A stretch of 64,000 bases of DNA from Candidatus Omnitrophica bacterium UBA6249 (GTDB lineage Bacteria > Omnitrophota > Gorgyraeia > Gygaellales > Profunditerraquicolaceae), in assembly GCA_002441305.1 (NCBI GenBank), contig DJVT01000009.1:178766-242765 (forward strand), in the 5' to 3' direction. The notes under the pieces are model-generated. The model did not search any database and had not been told where the DNA came from. It saw only the letters and a program-made list of their open reading frames with translations. Position 1 is the first letter of the stretch. Every line of letters begins with the position of its first letter. A program made the position numbers and the translations under genes. Positions 1-9,590 of the stretch are shown in pieces.

Positions 1-156
1 GTTACGGTACGTAAGCGCCTGGAAGTTTATAAAAACGAAGTGGCTTCTTTGATAAAGTATTACGAACAGCAGAACAAACTGCATAGTTTGAATGCGGACC
101 TTGACGCGCTCGAGGTATTGGGGCAGATTATTTCGCTATGCGATAGCTTAAAGTGA
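1..156 (+). CDS. adk: adenylate kinase, C-terminal fragment (5' end outside window)
   Basis: Frame 1 is open from the window edge to TGA 154-156 (VTVRKRLEVYKNEV...LCDSLK). It sits directly upstream of map-infA as in the conserved spc/alpha cluster, and the sequence looks like an Adk C-terminus. Confidence 0.6.
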   Translation, partial: VTVRKRLEVYKNEVASLIKYYEQQNKLHSLNADLDALEVLGQIISLCDSLK

Positions 157-902
157 TCCCTATCAAGTCCGAAGAGGACTTGCGCATGATGCGCCGTTCG
201 GGAAAGATCCTTTCGGATGTGATGGGGAAAGTCAGGGAAAGCCTTCGTCCGGGAATGACCACCCTGGATGTGGATCGGATGAGCGAAGAGCTGATATTAA
301 AGGCAGATGCCCTGCCGGCTTTTAAAGATTACAACGGATTCCCCGCCAGCGCCTGCATATCCGTGAACGAGGAAGTTGTGCACGGGATACCGGCTTCGAG
401 AGTGATCCTGGAAGGGGATATCGTAAGCATAGATTTGGGGGTTAATTACCGCGGGTATTTTTCGGATATGGCAATTACCGTGCCCGCGGGAGAGGTAAGC
501 AGGGATAAACAGAAGCTGATGGAGGTCACCAGGGATTCTCTTGGCCTGGGGATCAAGCAGGCTTGCCCGGGGAATTACCTGACGGATATCTCCCATAGCA
601 TACAGGAGTTTGTAGAAGGGCGCGGTTTTTCCGTGGTCAGGCAGTTTGTGGGGCACGGCATAGGAAGGGCCCTCCATGAAGAGCCGGAGGTGCCGAATTT
701 CGGAAGCGCAGGACTGGGGCCGCTTTTGAAAAAAGGGATGGTCCTGGCGATAGAACCCATGGTGAATATAGGGACATGGGAATGCCGGGTTACCAGGAAT
801 GGATGGACCGCCGTTACAAAAGACGGTTTGGCTTCGGCCCATTTTGAACACACGGTAGCCGTTACTGATAACGGCCCGGAGATATTGACCGGACAAGGTT
901 AA
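153..902 (+). CDS. map: type I methionine aminopeptidase
   Basis: 249 aa with M24A motifs ([35 protein letters not shown]). The GTG start overlaps the adk stop. Confidence 0.95.
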   Translation: MIPIKSEEDLRMMRRSGKILSDVMGKVRESLRPGMTTLDVDRMSEELILKADALPAFKDYNGFPASACISVNEEVVHGIPASRVILEGDIVSIDLGVNYRGYFSDMAITVPAGEVSRDKQKLMEVTRDSLGLGIKQACPGNYLTDISHSIQEFVEGRGFSVVRQFVGHGIGRALHEEPEVPNFGSAGLGPLLKKGMVLAIEPMVNIGTWECRVTRNGWTAVTKDGLASAHFEHTVAVTDNGPEILTGQG

Positions 903-915
903 GTCGGGGTGTTTG

Positions 916-1134
916 ATGGCAAAAGAAGAATTAATTGAGACAGAGGGTAAGATCGTCGAGGCTTTACCCAATGCCATGTTCAAGGTGGAGCTGGAGAACG
1001 GGCATACGGTGTTGGCGCACGTTTCGGGAAAGATGCGCATGAATTTCATAAGAATTCTCCCGGGGGATAAAGTGAAACTGGAGCTTTCTCCTTACGATTT
1101 GAGCCGGGGGAGAATTACGTTCAGGGTGAGGTAA
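916..1134 (+). CDS. infA: translation initiation factor IF-1
   Basis: 72 aa S1-fold IF-1 sequence ([32 protein letters not shown]...[15 protein letters not shown]). ATG 916 is preferred over the TTG at 913. Confidence 0.95.
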   Translation: MAKEELIETEGKIVEALPNAMFKVELENGHTVLAHVSGKMRMNFIRILPGDKVKLELSPYDLSRGRITFRVR

Positions 1135-1135
1135 A

Positions 1136-1249
1136 ATGAAAGTAAAAGCGTCGGTCAGGAAAATTTGCGATAAGTGCAAGATCATCAAAAGAAGGGGCGT
1201 AGTGCGGGTCATCTGCTCTACTACCAAGCATAAACAGAGGCAGGGGTAA
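1136..1249 (+). CDS. rpmJ: 50S ribosomal protein L36
   Basis: 37 aa, [37 protein letters not shown]. Too short for the ORF track, so I found it by reading the infA-rpsM gap. Confidence 0.9.
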   Translation: MKVKASVRKICDKCKIIKRRGVVRVICSTTKHKQRQG

Positions 1250-1307
1250 TTATTCAAAGACGGACATAAACAGAGTCCGGAGCACCTTTTTGAGGTAAGG
1301 AGACAAT

Positions 1308-1718
1308 ATGCCAAGGATTATGGGTATAGATATACCTAAGGAAAAAAGAATCGAAATAGCCCTCACTTATTTTTACGGGGTCGGGCGCGTGCTTGCCAAT
1401 ATCGTCCTGAAAGAGGCTGGCATCAGCCCGGACAAGAGGGCAAAGGACCTCAGCGAGGAGGAAATCTCCAGGCTTACCAATATACTCCAGAAGGGGACTT
1501 TGAGGATAGAGGGAGACCTGAGGAGGGATATTTCACAGAATATAAAAAGATTGATGGATATAGGCTCCTGGAGAGGGATGCGCCATAAAAAGGGGCTCCC
1601 GGCCAGGGGGCAGCGTACGCGTACCAACGCGCGCACCAGGAAAGGCAAAAAGAGAGTGAACTTGGCGATAGCCAAGAAGGCCGATGCGGGAAAGTCCTCA
1701 AAGCCCGCGGGTAAATAA
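1308..1718 (+). CDS. rpsM: 30S ribosomal protein S13
   Basis: MPRIMGIDIPKEKRIEIALTYFYGVG... is typical S13, with an AAGGAG SD upstream. Confidence 0.95.
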   Translation: MPRIMGIDIPKEKRIEIALTYFYGVGRVLANIVLKEAGISPDKRAKDLSEEEISRLTNILQKGTLRIEGDLRRDISQNIKRLMDIGSWRGMRHKKGLPARGQRTRTNARTRKGKKRVNLAIAKKADAGKSSKPAGK

Positions 1719-1733
1719 GGGGAGTGAGCGAAT

Positions 1734-2123
1734 ATGGCAACAAAAGACAAGGCTAAAAAGAAAAAGATCGCAAGAGGGATAACCAGCGGAGTAGCGCATA
1801 TTCAGGCAAGTTTTAATAATACTATTATCAGTATAACCGATAAGCAGGGCAATGTAATAGCGTGGAGTGCACCGGGCAATGTTGGTTACAGCGGATCCAA
1901 GAAATCCACTCCTTTTGCCGCACAGATAGCGGCCACAGACGCCGCCAGAAAGGCCAAAGAGGTAGGGCTTAAAGAGGTGGAGGTCTACGTAAAAGGCCCG
2001 GGTTTCGGCAGGGAGTCGGCAATCCGCGCGCTTCAAGCGGCAGGTTTAGTGGTAACCTTGATAAAGGATGTTACGCCCATTCCTCATAACGGTTGCCGTC
2101 CTAAGAAGAAAAGGAGAGTTTAA
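1734..2123 (+). CDS. rpsK: 30S ribosomal protein S11
   Basis: [18 protein letters not shown]...[13 protein letters not shown] is typical S11. Confidence 0.95.
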   Translation: MATKDKAKKKKIARGITSGVAHIQASFNNTIISITDKQGNVIAWSAPGNVGYSGSKKSTPFAAQIAATDAARKAKEVGLKEVEVYVKGPGFGRESAIRALQAAGLVVTLIKDVTPIPHNGCRPKKKRRV

Positions 2124-2126
2124 TCT

Positions 2127-2759
2127 ATGGGTCGTTATACAGGTGCAGTTTGCAGATTATGCCGCAGGCAAGGGGAAAAGTTATTCTTAAAGGGTCCTAA
2201 ATGCCAGGCAGACAAATGCCCGGCGAACAAAAGGGCTTATCCCCCGGGGCAGCACGGCGAGGGGAAAAGAAGAAAGCTTTCCAACTATGGCCTGCAGTTA
2301 AAAGAAAAACAGAAGGTCAAGAGGATTTACGGGGTCATGGAAAAACAGTTCCGTAAATACTTCAAGATCGCGTCCAAGACAAAAGGCGTTACCGGTAAGG
2401 TGCTTTTGCAGCTGCTGGAGCGCAGGCTGGACAACGTAGTTTTCCGCATGGGGCTGGGGGTATCGCGTTCCCAGGCCAGGCAGATTGTCAGGCATAATTT
2501 GATCGCGGTAAATTCAAGAAGAGTAAATATACCTTCTTTTCTGGTGGATAAAGAGGATATGATCGAGGTTAAATCCTCCAAGGATAAGCCCAAGGCCAAG
2601 TTAAAGGAGAATCTGGAGCTTTCCAAAGAGAGGACTGTTCCGTCCTGGCTTGATTTCTCCGCACCCGAGATGAAGGCCAAGGTCGTAAGGCTGCCGGAGA
2701 AATCCGACATCCAGCAAGTGATCCAGGAACAGTTGATCGTAGAGTTGTATTCCAAATAA
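2127..2759 (+). CDS. rpsD: 30S ribosomal protein S4
   Basis: MGRYTGAVCRLCRRQGEKLFLKG...S4 domain; 210 aa. Confidence 0.95.
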   Translation: MGRYTGAVCRLCRRQGEKLFLKGPKCQADKCPANKRAYPPGQHGEGKRRKLSNYGLQLKEKQKVKRIYGVMEKQFRKYFKIASKTKGVTGKVLLQLLERRLDNVVFRMGLGVSRSQARQIVRHNLIAVNSRRVNIPSFLVDKEDMIEVKSSKDKPKAKLKENLELSKERTVPSWLDFSAPEMKAKVVRLPEKSDIQQVIQEQLIVELYSK

Positions 2760-2864
2760 GCGGTTAGGAGGATCCTGGTGCGCTTAAGCTCGTCAGGTAC
2801 CTGCAAGTCCGTATGCAAGATCGAAGGTGTTCAAGTCTTTCGAACAAAAATAAGGAGAAAATAA

Positions 2865-3860
2865 ATGGGTATAAAATGGAGAGATTTTCAGTTCCCCAAG
2901 AAACTTGAATGTGAAGAGTCCACATATACAGAGACATACGGTAAATTCATGGCGGCGCCTTTCGAGAGAGGCTACGGGGTTACCCTGGGAAACTCTTTAA
3001 GAAGGGTGTTGCTGTCTTCCATAGAGGGAAGCGCGGTCAGCGCGATAAAGATTGCCGGAGTTTCTCATGAATTCTCATCGATTCCCGGAGTCCTGGAGGA
3101 TGTCCCGGAGATAATCCTGAACATCAAGAGCCTGATCTTGAATTCTCATTCCAAGATCCCGAAAACCATTTACCTCAAAGCGGACAAGAAAGGCGAAGTA
3201 AAGGCCAAGGATATCGAGGCGGACGAGACGATAGAGATCATCAACCCGGAATTGCATATCGCTACCCTTACGAAAGATACCAAGCTTAACATCGAAATGG
3301 AGGTCTCCAGGGGAAGAGGCTACGTGCCGGCAGAGTTAAATAAGAAGGAAGATAAAGTCGCCGGGTATGTCGCCATAGATTCCATTTTCACCCCGGTCAA
3401 GAAAATCAACTATTTCGTCGAGAATACGCGCGTGGGACAGCGTACCGATTATGACAAGCTGATACTCGAGATCTGGACCAACGGGAGCATCAGCCCGAAG
3501 GACGCCCTGCTTTACGCTTCGAACATACTGCAGAGGCATTTGGACATATTCGTGAATTTCGGACAACTCCCCGAGGATATAATCGAGGAAGAGCCGGAGA
3601 TGACCAAAGAGGAGATAGCCTTGTATGAAAAGCTGCGCCTGCCTATCTCGGAACTTGAACTTTCCGTGAGGAGCTCCAATTGCCTGAGAGAAGCGGGGAT
3701 AAAGGTTATCGCCGACCTGGTGAAAAAGACCGAAGAGGAGATGCTTAACTTCAAGAATTTCGGCAAGAAATCGCTTACCGAAATCCAGGAATTGCTCATG
3801 GGGATGGGGGTAACTTTAGGAATGCAGGTTGACCCCAAGAAATTAAAGAAGGGGTCATAA
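2865..3860 (+). CDS. rpoA: DNA-directed RNA polymerase subunit alpha
   Basis: 331 aa. N-terminal domain GNSLRRVLLSS and alpha-CTD ELELSVRSSNCLREAGIKVIADLV. Confidence 0.95.
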   Translation: MGIKWRDFQFPKKLECEESTYTETYGKFMAAPFERGYGVTLGNSLRRVLLSSIEGSAVSAIKIAGVSHEFSSIPGVLEDVPEIILNIKSLILNSHSKIPKTIYLKADKKGEVKAKDIEADETIEIINPELHIATLTKDTKLNIEMEVSRGRGYVPAELNKKEDKVAGYVAIDSIFTPVKKINYFVENTRVGQRTDYDKLILEIWTNGSISPKDALLYASNILQRHLDIFVNFGQLPEDIIEEEPEMTKEEIALYEKLRLPISELELSVRSSNCLREAGIKVIADLVKKTEEEMLNFKNFGKKSLTEIQELLMGMGVTLGMQVDPKKLKKGS

Positions 3861-3862
3861 AG

Positions 3863-4447
3863 ATGAGACACGCGAAGAGAAGGTACCAGCTTGGGCGTTT
3901 TACCAGTTGGCATGATGCCACCATAATCTCACTGGCAAGGAATATTATCATCAACCAGAGTATAAAGACTACGCTTCACCGGGCGAAGGCCAGCAGGCAG
4001 GCGATCGAGAAGCTTATAAGTCTGGCCAAAGAGAATACGCTTTTTGCCCGCAGGAGGGCCCAGGAAATTCTGGGAGAACATAGGCTGGTCAAAGTCCTCT
4101 TTGAAGAGATCGGGCCCCGTTTTTCGAAGAGGGCCGGAGGTTTTACCAGGATAATCGGCATGGGCAAGCGCCGCGGAGATGACGCGGAAATGGTCATCCT
4201 GGAACTTACCGAGATCAAGAAGAAAGAAATCAAGAAGTCCAAATCGGCAAAAAAAGAGAATAAACCGGTTCATGCGAAGAATGATGAAGCCGAACCCGCG
4301 GAGTCCCGTCCGGTCGAGGAGGGCGCGGAGAAGGAAAAGAGCGCGGATCCTGCAGTCAAGGAAAAACCGGCAAAAGGCAGGAAACCCGAGAAGAAATTTA
4401 TCGGAGGGATAAGGAACATATTCAAAAAGAAAAGCGACTCTTTGTAA
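3863..4447 (+). CDS. rplQ: 50S ribosomal protein L17 with a long K/E/A/P-rich C-terminal tail
   Basis: MRHAKRRYQLGR...GGFTRIIGMGKRRGDDAEMVILEL is the L17 core. It is followed by about 75 aa of low-complexity lysine/glutamate-rich tail. Confidence 0.9.
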   Translation: MRHAKRRYQLGRFTSWHDATIISLARNIIINQSIKTTLHRAKASRQAIEKLISLAKENTLFARRRAQEILGEHRLVKVLFEEIGPRFSKRAGGFTRIIGMGKRRGDDAEMVILELTEIKKKEIKKSKSAKKENKPVHAKNDEAEPAESRPVEEGAEKEKSADPAVKEKPAKGRKPEKKFIGGIRNIFKKKSDSL

Positions 4448-4463
4448 TTAACGAAAGTTTTCT

Positions 4464-5645
4464 ATGAAAATAGATACAAGGCTCGCGGAGCGTCTTAAAA
4501 AGATAAACCCGTCATCGACCTTGGCGATAACTTCTAAGGCCAAGAAACTTAAAAGCGAAGGCAAGGATGTGATTACCTTCGCCGCGGGAGAACCCGATTT
4601 CGATACCCCTGATTTCATAAAGCAAGCGGCTATCGACGCCCTGAAGTCAGGGTTTACCAAATATACTCCCACCACAGGCACCCTGGAACTGAGGCAGCTT
4701 ATCTGCCAGAAACTCAAGAAAGACAACGCCCTGGATTATTCCCCGGAGCAGATAGTGGTTTCCAACGGAGCCAAGCACTGCATTTATAACGCTTTGACCG
4801 TATTGCTCAACAGGGGGGACGAGGCGATTATCCCCATGCCTTACTGGGTAAGCTATCCGGAGATGGTAAATCTTTGTGAAGCTATACCGCGGCTGGTCAA
4901 GACAAGCGCAGATAACGGTTTTAAGATCTCCCTGTCCGAACTCAAGAAACATATCAATCCCAAGACAAAGGTACTTATTTTGAACAGCCCTTCAAACCCG
5001 GCGGGTTCGGTTTATACCCGGCAGGAGCTTGAGGAGATCGCCGCCATATGCGTGGAGAAGAATATCTTCGTAATCAGCGATGAGATATACGAAAAGATAA
5101 TCTTTGACGGCGCAAGACATGAGTCTATAGCCGGTTTCAACAAAGATATCTATGATTTGACTATTACGGTAAACGGCCTTTCCAAGAGCTATTCCATGAC
5201 CGGATGGCGCATAGGTTACCTGGGGGCCCCGAAGGATGTTGCAAGCGCCATCTCTAATCTTCAGGACCATTCCACTTCCAACGCCAATTCCATAGCCCAG
5301 AAGGCGGCGGTATGCGCCTTGTCCGCCCCGGAGGATTTTACCTCAAAGATCTGCCTTGAATTCCAGAAGAGAAGGGATTACCTGGCTTTGCGGCTGAAGA
5401 GCATACCCAAGTTGAGCTTTGTCCTGCCCAAGGGGGCTTTTTATATGTTTTGCGACATATCCAAAACAGGGCTTTCTTCGATGGCATTTGCCAAGCGCCT
5501 CCTGGAAGAGGAGCATGTCAGCGTCATTCCCGGGATAAGCTTTGGCATGGATGATTACATAAGGATAAGTTTTGCCACGAGCGTGGAGGAATTGGGCAGG
5601 GGGATGGACAGGATAGCGAAATGGGTGGAAGAAGTCAGCGTATAA
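4464..5645 (+). CDS. aspC: class I pyridoxal-phosphate aminotransferase (aspartate aminotransferase-like)
   Basis: 393 aa with motifs NSPSNPAGSVY and SKSYSMTGWRIGY (PLP lysine region). Substrate is not determinable from sequence by eye. Confidence 0.8.
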   Translation: MKIDTRLAERLKKINPSSTLAITSKAKKLKSEGKDVITFAAGEPDFDTPDFIKQAAIDALKSGFTKYTPTTGTLELRQLICQKLKKDNALDYSPEQIVVSNGAKHCIYNALTVLLNRGDEAIIPMPYWVSYPEMVNLCEAIPRLVKTSADNGFKISLSELKKHINPKTKVLILNSPSNPAGSVYTRQELEEIAAICVEKNIFVISDEIYEKIIFDGARHESIAGFNKDIYDLTITVNGLSKSYSMTGWRIGYLGAPKDVASAISNLQDHSTSNANSIAQKAAVCALSAPEDFTSKICLEFQKRRDYLALRLKSIPKLSFVLPKGAFYMFCDISKTGLSSMAFAKRLLEEEHVSVIPGISFGMDDYIRISFATSVEELGRGMDRIAKWVEEVSV

Positions 5646-5653
5646 GGAAAAAG

Positions 5654-6913
5654 ATGAATAAGGGAAAAACGGTAGCGGAAAAGATATTGAGCAGGCATTC
5701 AGGCAAAGATTTGCGCGCGGGAGACTTCGCGGTATGCAAAGTGGATTTTGCCTTTGGCCAGGACGGGACCTCTTCGATAATAATCGACAGGATAAAAGAA
5801 TTAGGCGTGAAGAATTTCAAAACGAATTTCTGCATGGTCATTGACCATAGCGCGCCCAGCCCCAGCGAGGGGGTATCGCGCGTGCATAAGAAAATGCGCG
5901 ATTTCGCCAAAGATTTCCGGACCGGAATATTCGATGTGGGTTGCGGAGTATGCCACCAGGTGATTCCCGAATCGGGGAACGTGTTGCCCGGTTATCTGGT
6001 TCTCGGGGCGGATTCGCATACCTGTACTTATGGAGCGGTGGGAGCTTTCTCGACGGGTGTCGGCTCTACCGACCTGGCTGTCGCCCTGGCTACCGGAAGG
6101 AACTGGTTTAAGGTGCCCCCGACAATAAAGATAATAATTAAAGGGCGCCTGCCCAAAGGGGTTTTCGCCAAGGATGTAATACTTTATATAATCGGCAAGC
6201 TTAAGAGCGACGGGGCTACTTATAAGGCGGTTGAATTTTACGGCCCGGTAATCGAGGCGATGGGGATGGACGGTCGTTTTACCATTTGCAATATGCTTGT
6301 CGAGATGGGGGCGAAAGCGGGTTTCATGCCTGTTGACGGAAAGACGATTTCATGGCTGAAGGATAAGGCAGGATGCAAAAGGAGCATAGAGAAGATCTCC
6401 GCGGATAAAAACGCGGATTACGAAAATGTTTATGAATTCGATGTTTCCCGGATTAAGCCAATGGTTTCTATGCCTCACAGCGTGGATAACGTGAGCGAGG
6501 CATCTTCTTTGAAAGGGGTCAGGATAGGCGAGGCTTATCTGGGTACTTGTACAAACGGGAGGATCGATGATTTTAAGGCTGCGGCAAAGGTCTTGAAAGG
6601 CAGGCGCGTGCATCAGGGCGTCAAGATGATCGTTGCTCCCAGCTCCCGCCAGGTTTACCTGGAGGCCTTGAAGACCGGACTGGTGGATATATTCATAAAA
6701 TCCGGAGCGGTAATTGTGGCCCCGGGGTGCGGTCCTTGCGTCGGTACGCATAACGGAGTGCCTTCGGACGGAGAGAAAGTTATTTCTACCGCCAACCGTA
6801 ATTTTAAAGGAAGGATGGGAAATCCTTCAGCTTTCATATATCTGGCTTCCCCGGCTACAGTTGCCGCTTCGGCGGTCAAAGGCTGCATAAGCGACCCGAG
6901 GGTCTATCTTTAA
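5654..6913 (+). CDS. leuC: aconitase-family dehydratase large subunit (LeuC/HacA type, short archaeal-like form)
   Basis: About 419 aa from ATG 5654 (MNKGKTVAEKIL). Contains GADSHTCTYGA, GTCTNGR and GCGPCVG Fe-S ligand motifs. The 5621 start would overlap the aminotransferase gene. Confidence 0.85.
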   Translation: MNKGKTVAEKILSRHSGKDLRAGDFAVCKVDFAFGQDGTSSIIIDRIKELGVKNFKTNFCMVIDHSAPSPSEGVSRVHKKMRDFAKDFRTGIFDVGCGVCHQVIPESGNVLPGYLVLGADSHTCTYGAVGAFSTGVGSTDLAVALATGRNWFKVPPTIKIIIKGRLPKGVFAKDVILYIIGKLKSDGATYKAVEFYGPVIEAMGMDGRFTICNMLVEMGAKAGFMPVDGKTISWLKDKAGCKRSIEKISADKNADYENVYEFDVSRIKPMVSMPHSVDNVSEASSLKGVRIGEAYLGTCTNGRIDDFKAAAKVLKGRRVHQGVKMIVAPSSRQVYLEALKTGLVDIFIKSGAVIVAPGCGPCVGTHNGVPSDGEKVISTANRNFKGRMGNPSAFIYLASPATVAASAVKGCISDPRVYL

Positions 6914-6940
6914 TTTTGCCCCGGGTAAGAGGAGGAACTT

Positions 6941-7987
6941 ATGGAGATTCGCGATCTACTTTTGATGTGCATCGAGAAAAGCGCTTCGGACCTGCATATA
7001 ACCGAAAAAGAGCCTCCTATTTTGCGTATTGACGGCAGGCTGGTGCGCACGGAGTTGGAGAAGCTCGACAGGCAGGAGATGAAGAAGATGCTTTACGGCA
7101 TACTCTCCAACGCCCAAAAGGAGATATTTGAGCGGGAGCTGGAGCTTGATTTTTCCCTTGCCCTGCCGGACCTGGACCGTTTCCGGGTCAATATACATAC
7201 CCAGAAAGGCAATGTGGAGGCCGCTTTCCGCAGAATCCCCCTGGAGATCCCCAGCGTCGAGAAACTGGGGTTACCGCAGATTATCACGGATTTGGCAAGC
7301 AAGTCCAACGGCCTTGTTCTTGTTACCGGGCCTACGGGAATGGGCAAAACCACTACCCTGGCGGCAATGATAAACTATATAAACAGCGAAAAGGAAAGCC
7401 TGATTACCTGCATAGAAGACCCGATAGAATTCATTTATTCCAACAAGAAGAGCATAATTAAACAGCGCGAGGTATATTCGGATACGCATTCTTTTGCCCA
7501 GGCCCTGCGCCATGCCCTGCGCCAGGATCCGAATGTTATTGTGGTAGGGGAGATGCGCGATCTGGAAACCATTTCTACCGCTTTGACTGCGGCGGAGACC
7601 GGGCATCTTGTTTTGGCGACCCTGCATACTCCTGACGCTCCCCAAACGGTGGCCAGGATTATAGATGTATTCCCCCCGCACCAGCAGCAGCAGGTCAAGA
7701 TGCAGCTTTCCGACTGCCTCCAGGGTGTGGTTTCCCAGCTTCTCCTGCCGCATTCATCGGGAAAGGGGAGGGTGCTTTGCACCGAAGTCATGGTGGCTAC
7801 TCCCGGTATCCGCAATTTAATCCGGGAACAGGAGATAGAACAGATACCTACCTTGATGCAGACGGGTTCGCAGCATGGCATGCATACTATGGACAAGTTC
7901 CTTAAGGAGTTGCATCAGAAAGGGCTGATTGCTTTGGATATCGCCATGGCCAAAGCCAAGAACAGGGAAGAATTTAAACAACTATGA
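6941..7987 (+). CDS. pilT: type IV pilus retraction ATPase PilT
   Basis: 348 aa. Walker A GPTGMGKTTT, Walker B DPNVIVVGEMRD, His box TGHLVLATLHT, and PilT signature GIRNLIREQEIEQIPTLMQTG. Confidence 0.9.
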   Translation: MEIRDLLLMCIEKSASDLHITEKEPPILRIDGRLVRTELEKLDRQEMKKMLYGILSNAQKEIFERELELDFSLALPDLDRFRVNIHTQKGNVEAAFRRIPLEIPSVEKLGLPQIITDLASKSNGLVLVTGPTGMGKTTTLAAMINYINSEKESLITCIEDPIEFIYSNKKSIIKQREVYSDTHSFAQALRHALRQDPNVIVVGEMRDLETISTALTAAETGHLVLATLHTPDAPQTVARIIDVFPPHQQQQVKMQLSDCLQGVVSQLLLPHSSGKGRVLCTEVMVATPGIRNLIREQEIEQIPTLMQTGSQHGMHTMDKFLKELHQKGLIALDIAMAKAKNREEFKQL

Positions 7988-8484
7988 TTATAAAAGGAAA
8001 GAGCGTAAGGCTGGGGGACAATATAAATACCGATTTTATCATTTCGGGCAGATATAAATTCGCGATTACGGATTTATCCGAGCTGGCAAAACATATCATG
8101 GAGGATGTCGACCCGGATTTCCCGAAGAAGATAATCCCGGGCCGTTCGATTATTGTCGCCGGGAACAACTTCGGGATGGGCTCAAGCCGCGAACAGGCCC
8201 CCCTGGTAATAAAAGAAGCCGGGGTTGCAGCTGTCCTATCCCCGCAGTTCGCGCGGATATTTTTCCGCAACAGCTTTAATATAGGGCTTCCTTTGATTGA
8301 AACGGATACTTCGCGCATCGCAGAATCCGACGAGCTGCAGATCGATTTGGATAAAGGGCTCGTGGTGAACCTGACAAAGGGGATAGAATCGAAAATCAAA
8401 CCGCTGCCTAAATTCATGCAGGAGCTTTTAAAAGAATGCGGGATAGTCAACTATTACAAAAAATACGGGGAGTTAAAAATATAA
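7984..8484 (+). CDS. leuD: aconitase-family dehydratase small subunit (LeuD/HacB type)
   Basis: 166 aa with GDNINTDFIISGRY and GNNFGMGSSREQAP. ATGA overlap with the pilT stop. Confidence 0.85.
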   Translation: MIIKGKSVRLGDNINTDFIISGRYKFAITDLSELAKHIMEDVDPDFPKKIIPGRSIIVAGNNFGMGSSREQAPLVIKEAGVAAVLSPQFARIFFRNSFNIGLPLIETDTSRIAESDELQIDLDKGLVVNLTKGIESKIKPLPKFMQELLKECGIVNYYKKYGELKI

Positions 8485-9572
8485 TGTCGCATAAAATAAC
8501 TTTGATTCCGGGTGATGGCATAGGAGAAGAGGTATCCCGGGCCGCAGTCAGGTGTATCGAGGCTACCGGAGTGGATATAGAATGGGAAGAGGCGCTTGCC
8601 GGCAGCGATGCGCTGGAGAAAACCGGGAACATCCTTCCCAAAGAGGCGCTTGATTCCATAAGGAGGAACAAGGTTGCGCTTAAGGGGCCGATTACCACGC
8701 CCGTGGGGACGGGTTTTCGTTCGGTAAACGTTGCCATAAGGCAAGAGCTTGAGCTTTTTGCCTGCGTGCGCCCGGCGAAAAGCTATCCGGGGATAAAGAG
8801 CAGGTTCAGCGATATCGACCTGGTGATTATCAGGGAAAACAGCGAGGACCTGTATATGGGCGTTGAGTTTGAAGAGGGCAAAGAAAGCACGAAGGATTTA
8901 ATTGCCAGGATAAGCCGGGATGCAGGTAAGAATATCCGTACGGATTCGGGAATAACCATTAAACCGATATCAAAATACGCCAGCGAAAGGATAGCCAGGT
9001 TCGCTTTTGAGTACGCATTGAAGAATAACCGTAAAAAGGTTACCTGTGTGCATAAGGCAAATATCATGAAATTCACGGACGGGCTTTTCCTTAAGGTAGC
9101 CAGGGACCTATCCCGTGAGTATGCGGGGAGGGTGGTTTTCGAGGATGCAATAGTGGATAATATGTCTATGCAGCTGGTGACCAAGCCGAATAAATACGAC
9201 GTGCTCCTGCTCCCGAATCTTTACGGGGACATTGTTTCGGACCTCTGTGCCGGGTTAATCGGCGGGCTGGGGGTGGCTCCCGGGGCGAATATAGGCGAGG
9301 AGAGCGCGGTATTTGAGGCAGTGCATGGCTCGGCTCCCAAATACAAAGGGCAAAATAAAGTTAACCCTACGGCGATGATCCTTTCCGGGGTATTGATGTT
9401 GCGCCATATCAACGAAAACAACGCCGCCGACCTTCTGGAGAATGCGGTAAAGGAAGTGGTTTTGGAAGGGAAGTCATTGACTTACGATTTGAAAGCGGAC
9501 CCTCTCGACCCTGCAGCGGTAGGGACCAGCGGGATGGCGGATGCGGTAATCGCCAAAATCAAAAACCGTTAA
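8484..9572 (+). CDS. icd: NAD(P)-dependent isocitrate dehydrogenase family (IDH3-like; homoisocitrate DH not excluded)
   Basis: ITLIPGDGIGEEV, RSVNVAIRQELELFACVRP, IRENSEDLY and VHKANIMKFTDGLF resemble NAD-IDH. The TAATG junction with leuD fixes the start at 8484. Confidence 0.8.
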   Translation: MSHKITLIPGDGIGEEVSRAAVRCIEATGVDIEWEEALAGSDALEKTGNILPKEALDSIRRNKVALKGPITTPVGTGFRSVNVAIRQELELFACVRPAKSYPGIKSRFSDIDLVIIRENSEDLYMGVEFEEGKESTKDLIARISRDAGKNIRTDSGITIKPISKYASERIARFAFEYALKNNRKKVTCVHKANIMKFTDGLFLKVARDLSREYAGRVVFEDAIVDNMSMQLVTKPNKYDVLLLPNLYGDIVSDLCAGLIGGLGVAPGANIGEESAVFEAVHGSAPKYKGQNKVNPTAMILSGVLMLRHINENNAADLLENAVKEVVLEGKSLTYDLKADPLDPAAVGTSGMADAVIAKIKNR

Positions 9573-9590
9573 TTATCGGATGAGGATAAT

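Noticed and set aside
2760-2864. 105-nt rpsD-rpoA spacer containing the near-palindrome GTTCAAGTCTTTCGAAC; considered as a regulatory RNA or terminator.
   Set aside because: The stem is short and imperfect with no T tract, and I know of no conserved element at this position. Evidence is insufficient.
4179-4412. 77-aa Arg/Lys-rich alternative-frame ORF within the L17 tail, and a similar 138-aa alternative-frame ORF at 37827-38243 within the AmaP-like gene.
   Set aside because: These are frame-shifted readings of purine-rich or GC-rich coding sequence. They have no start context and no domain signal.
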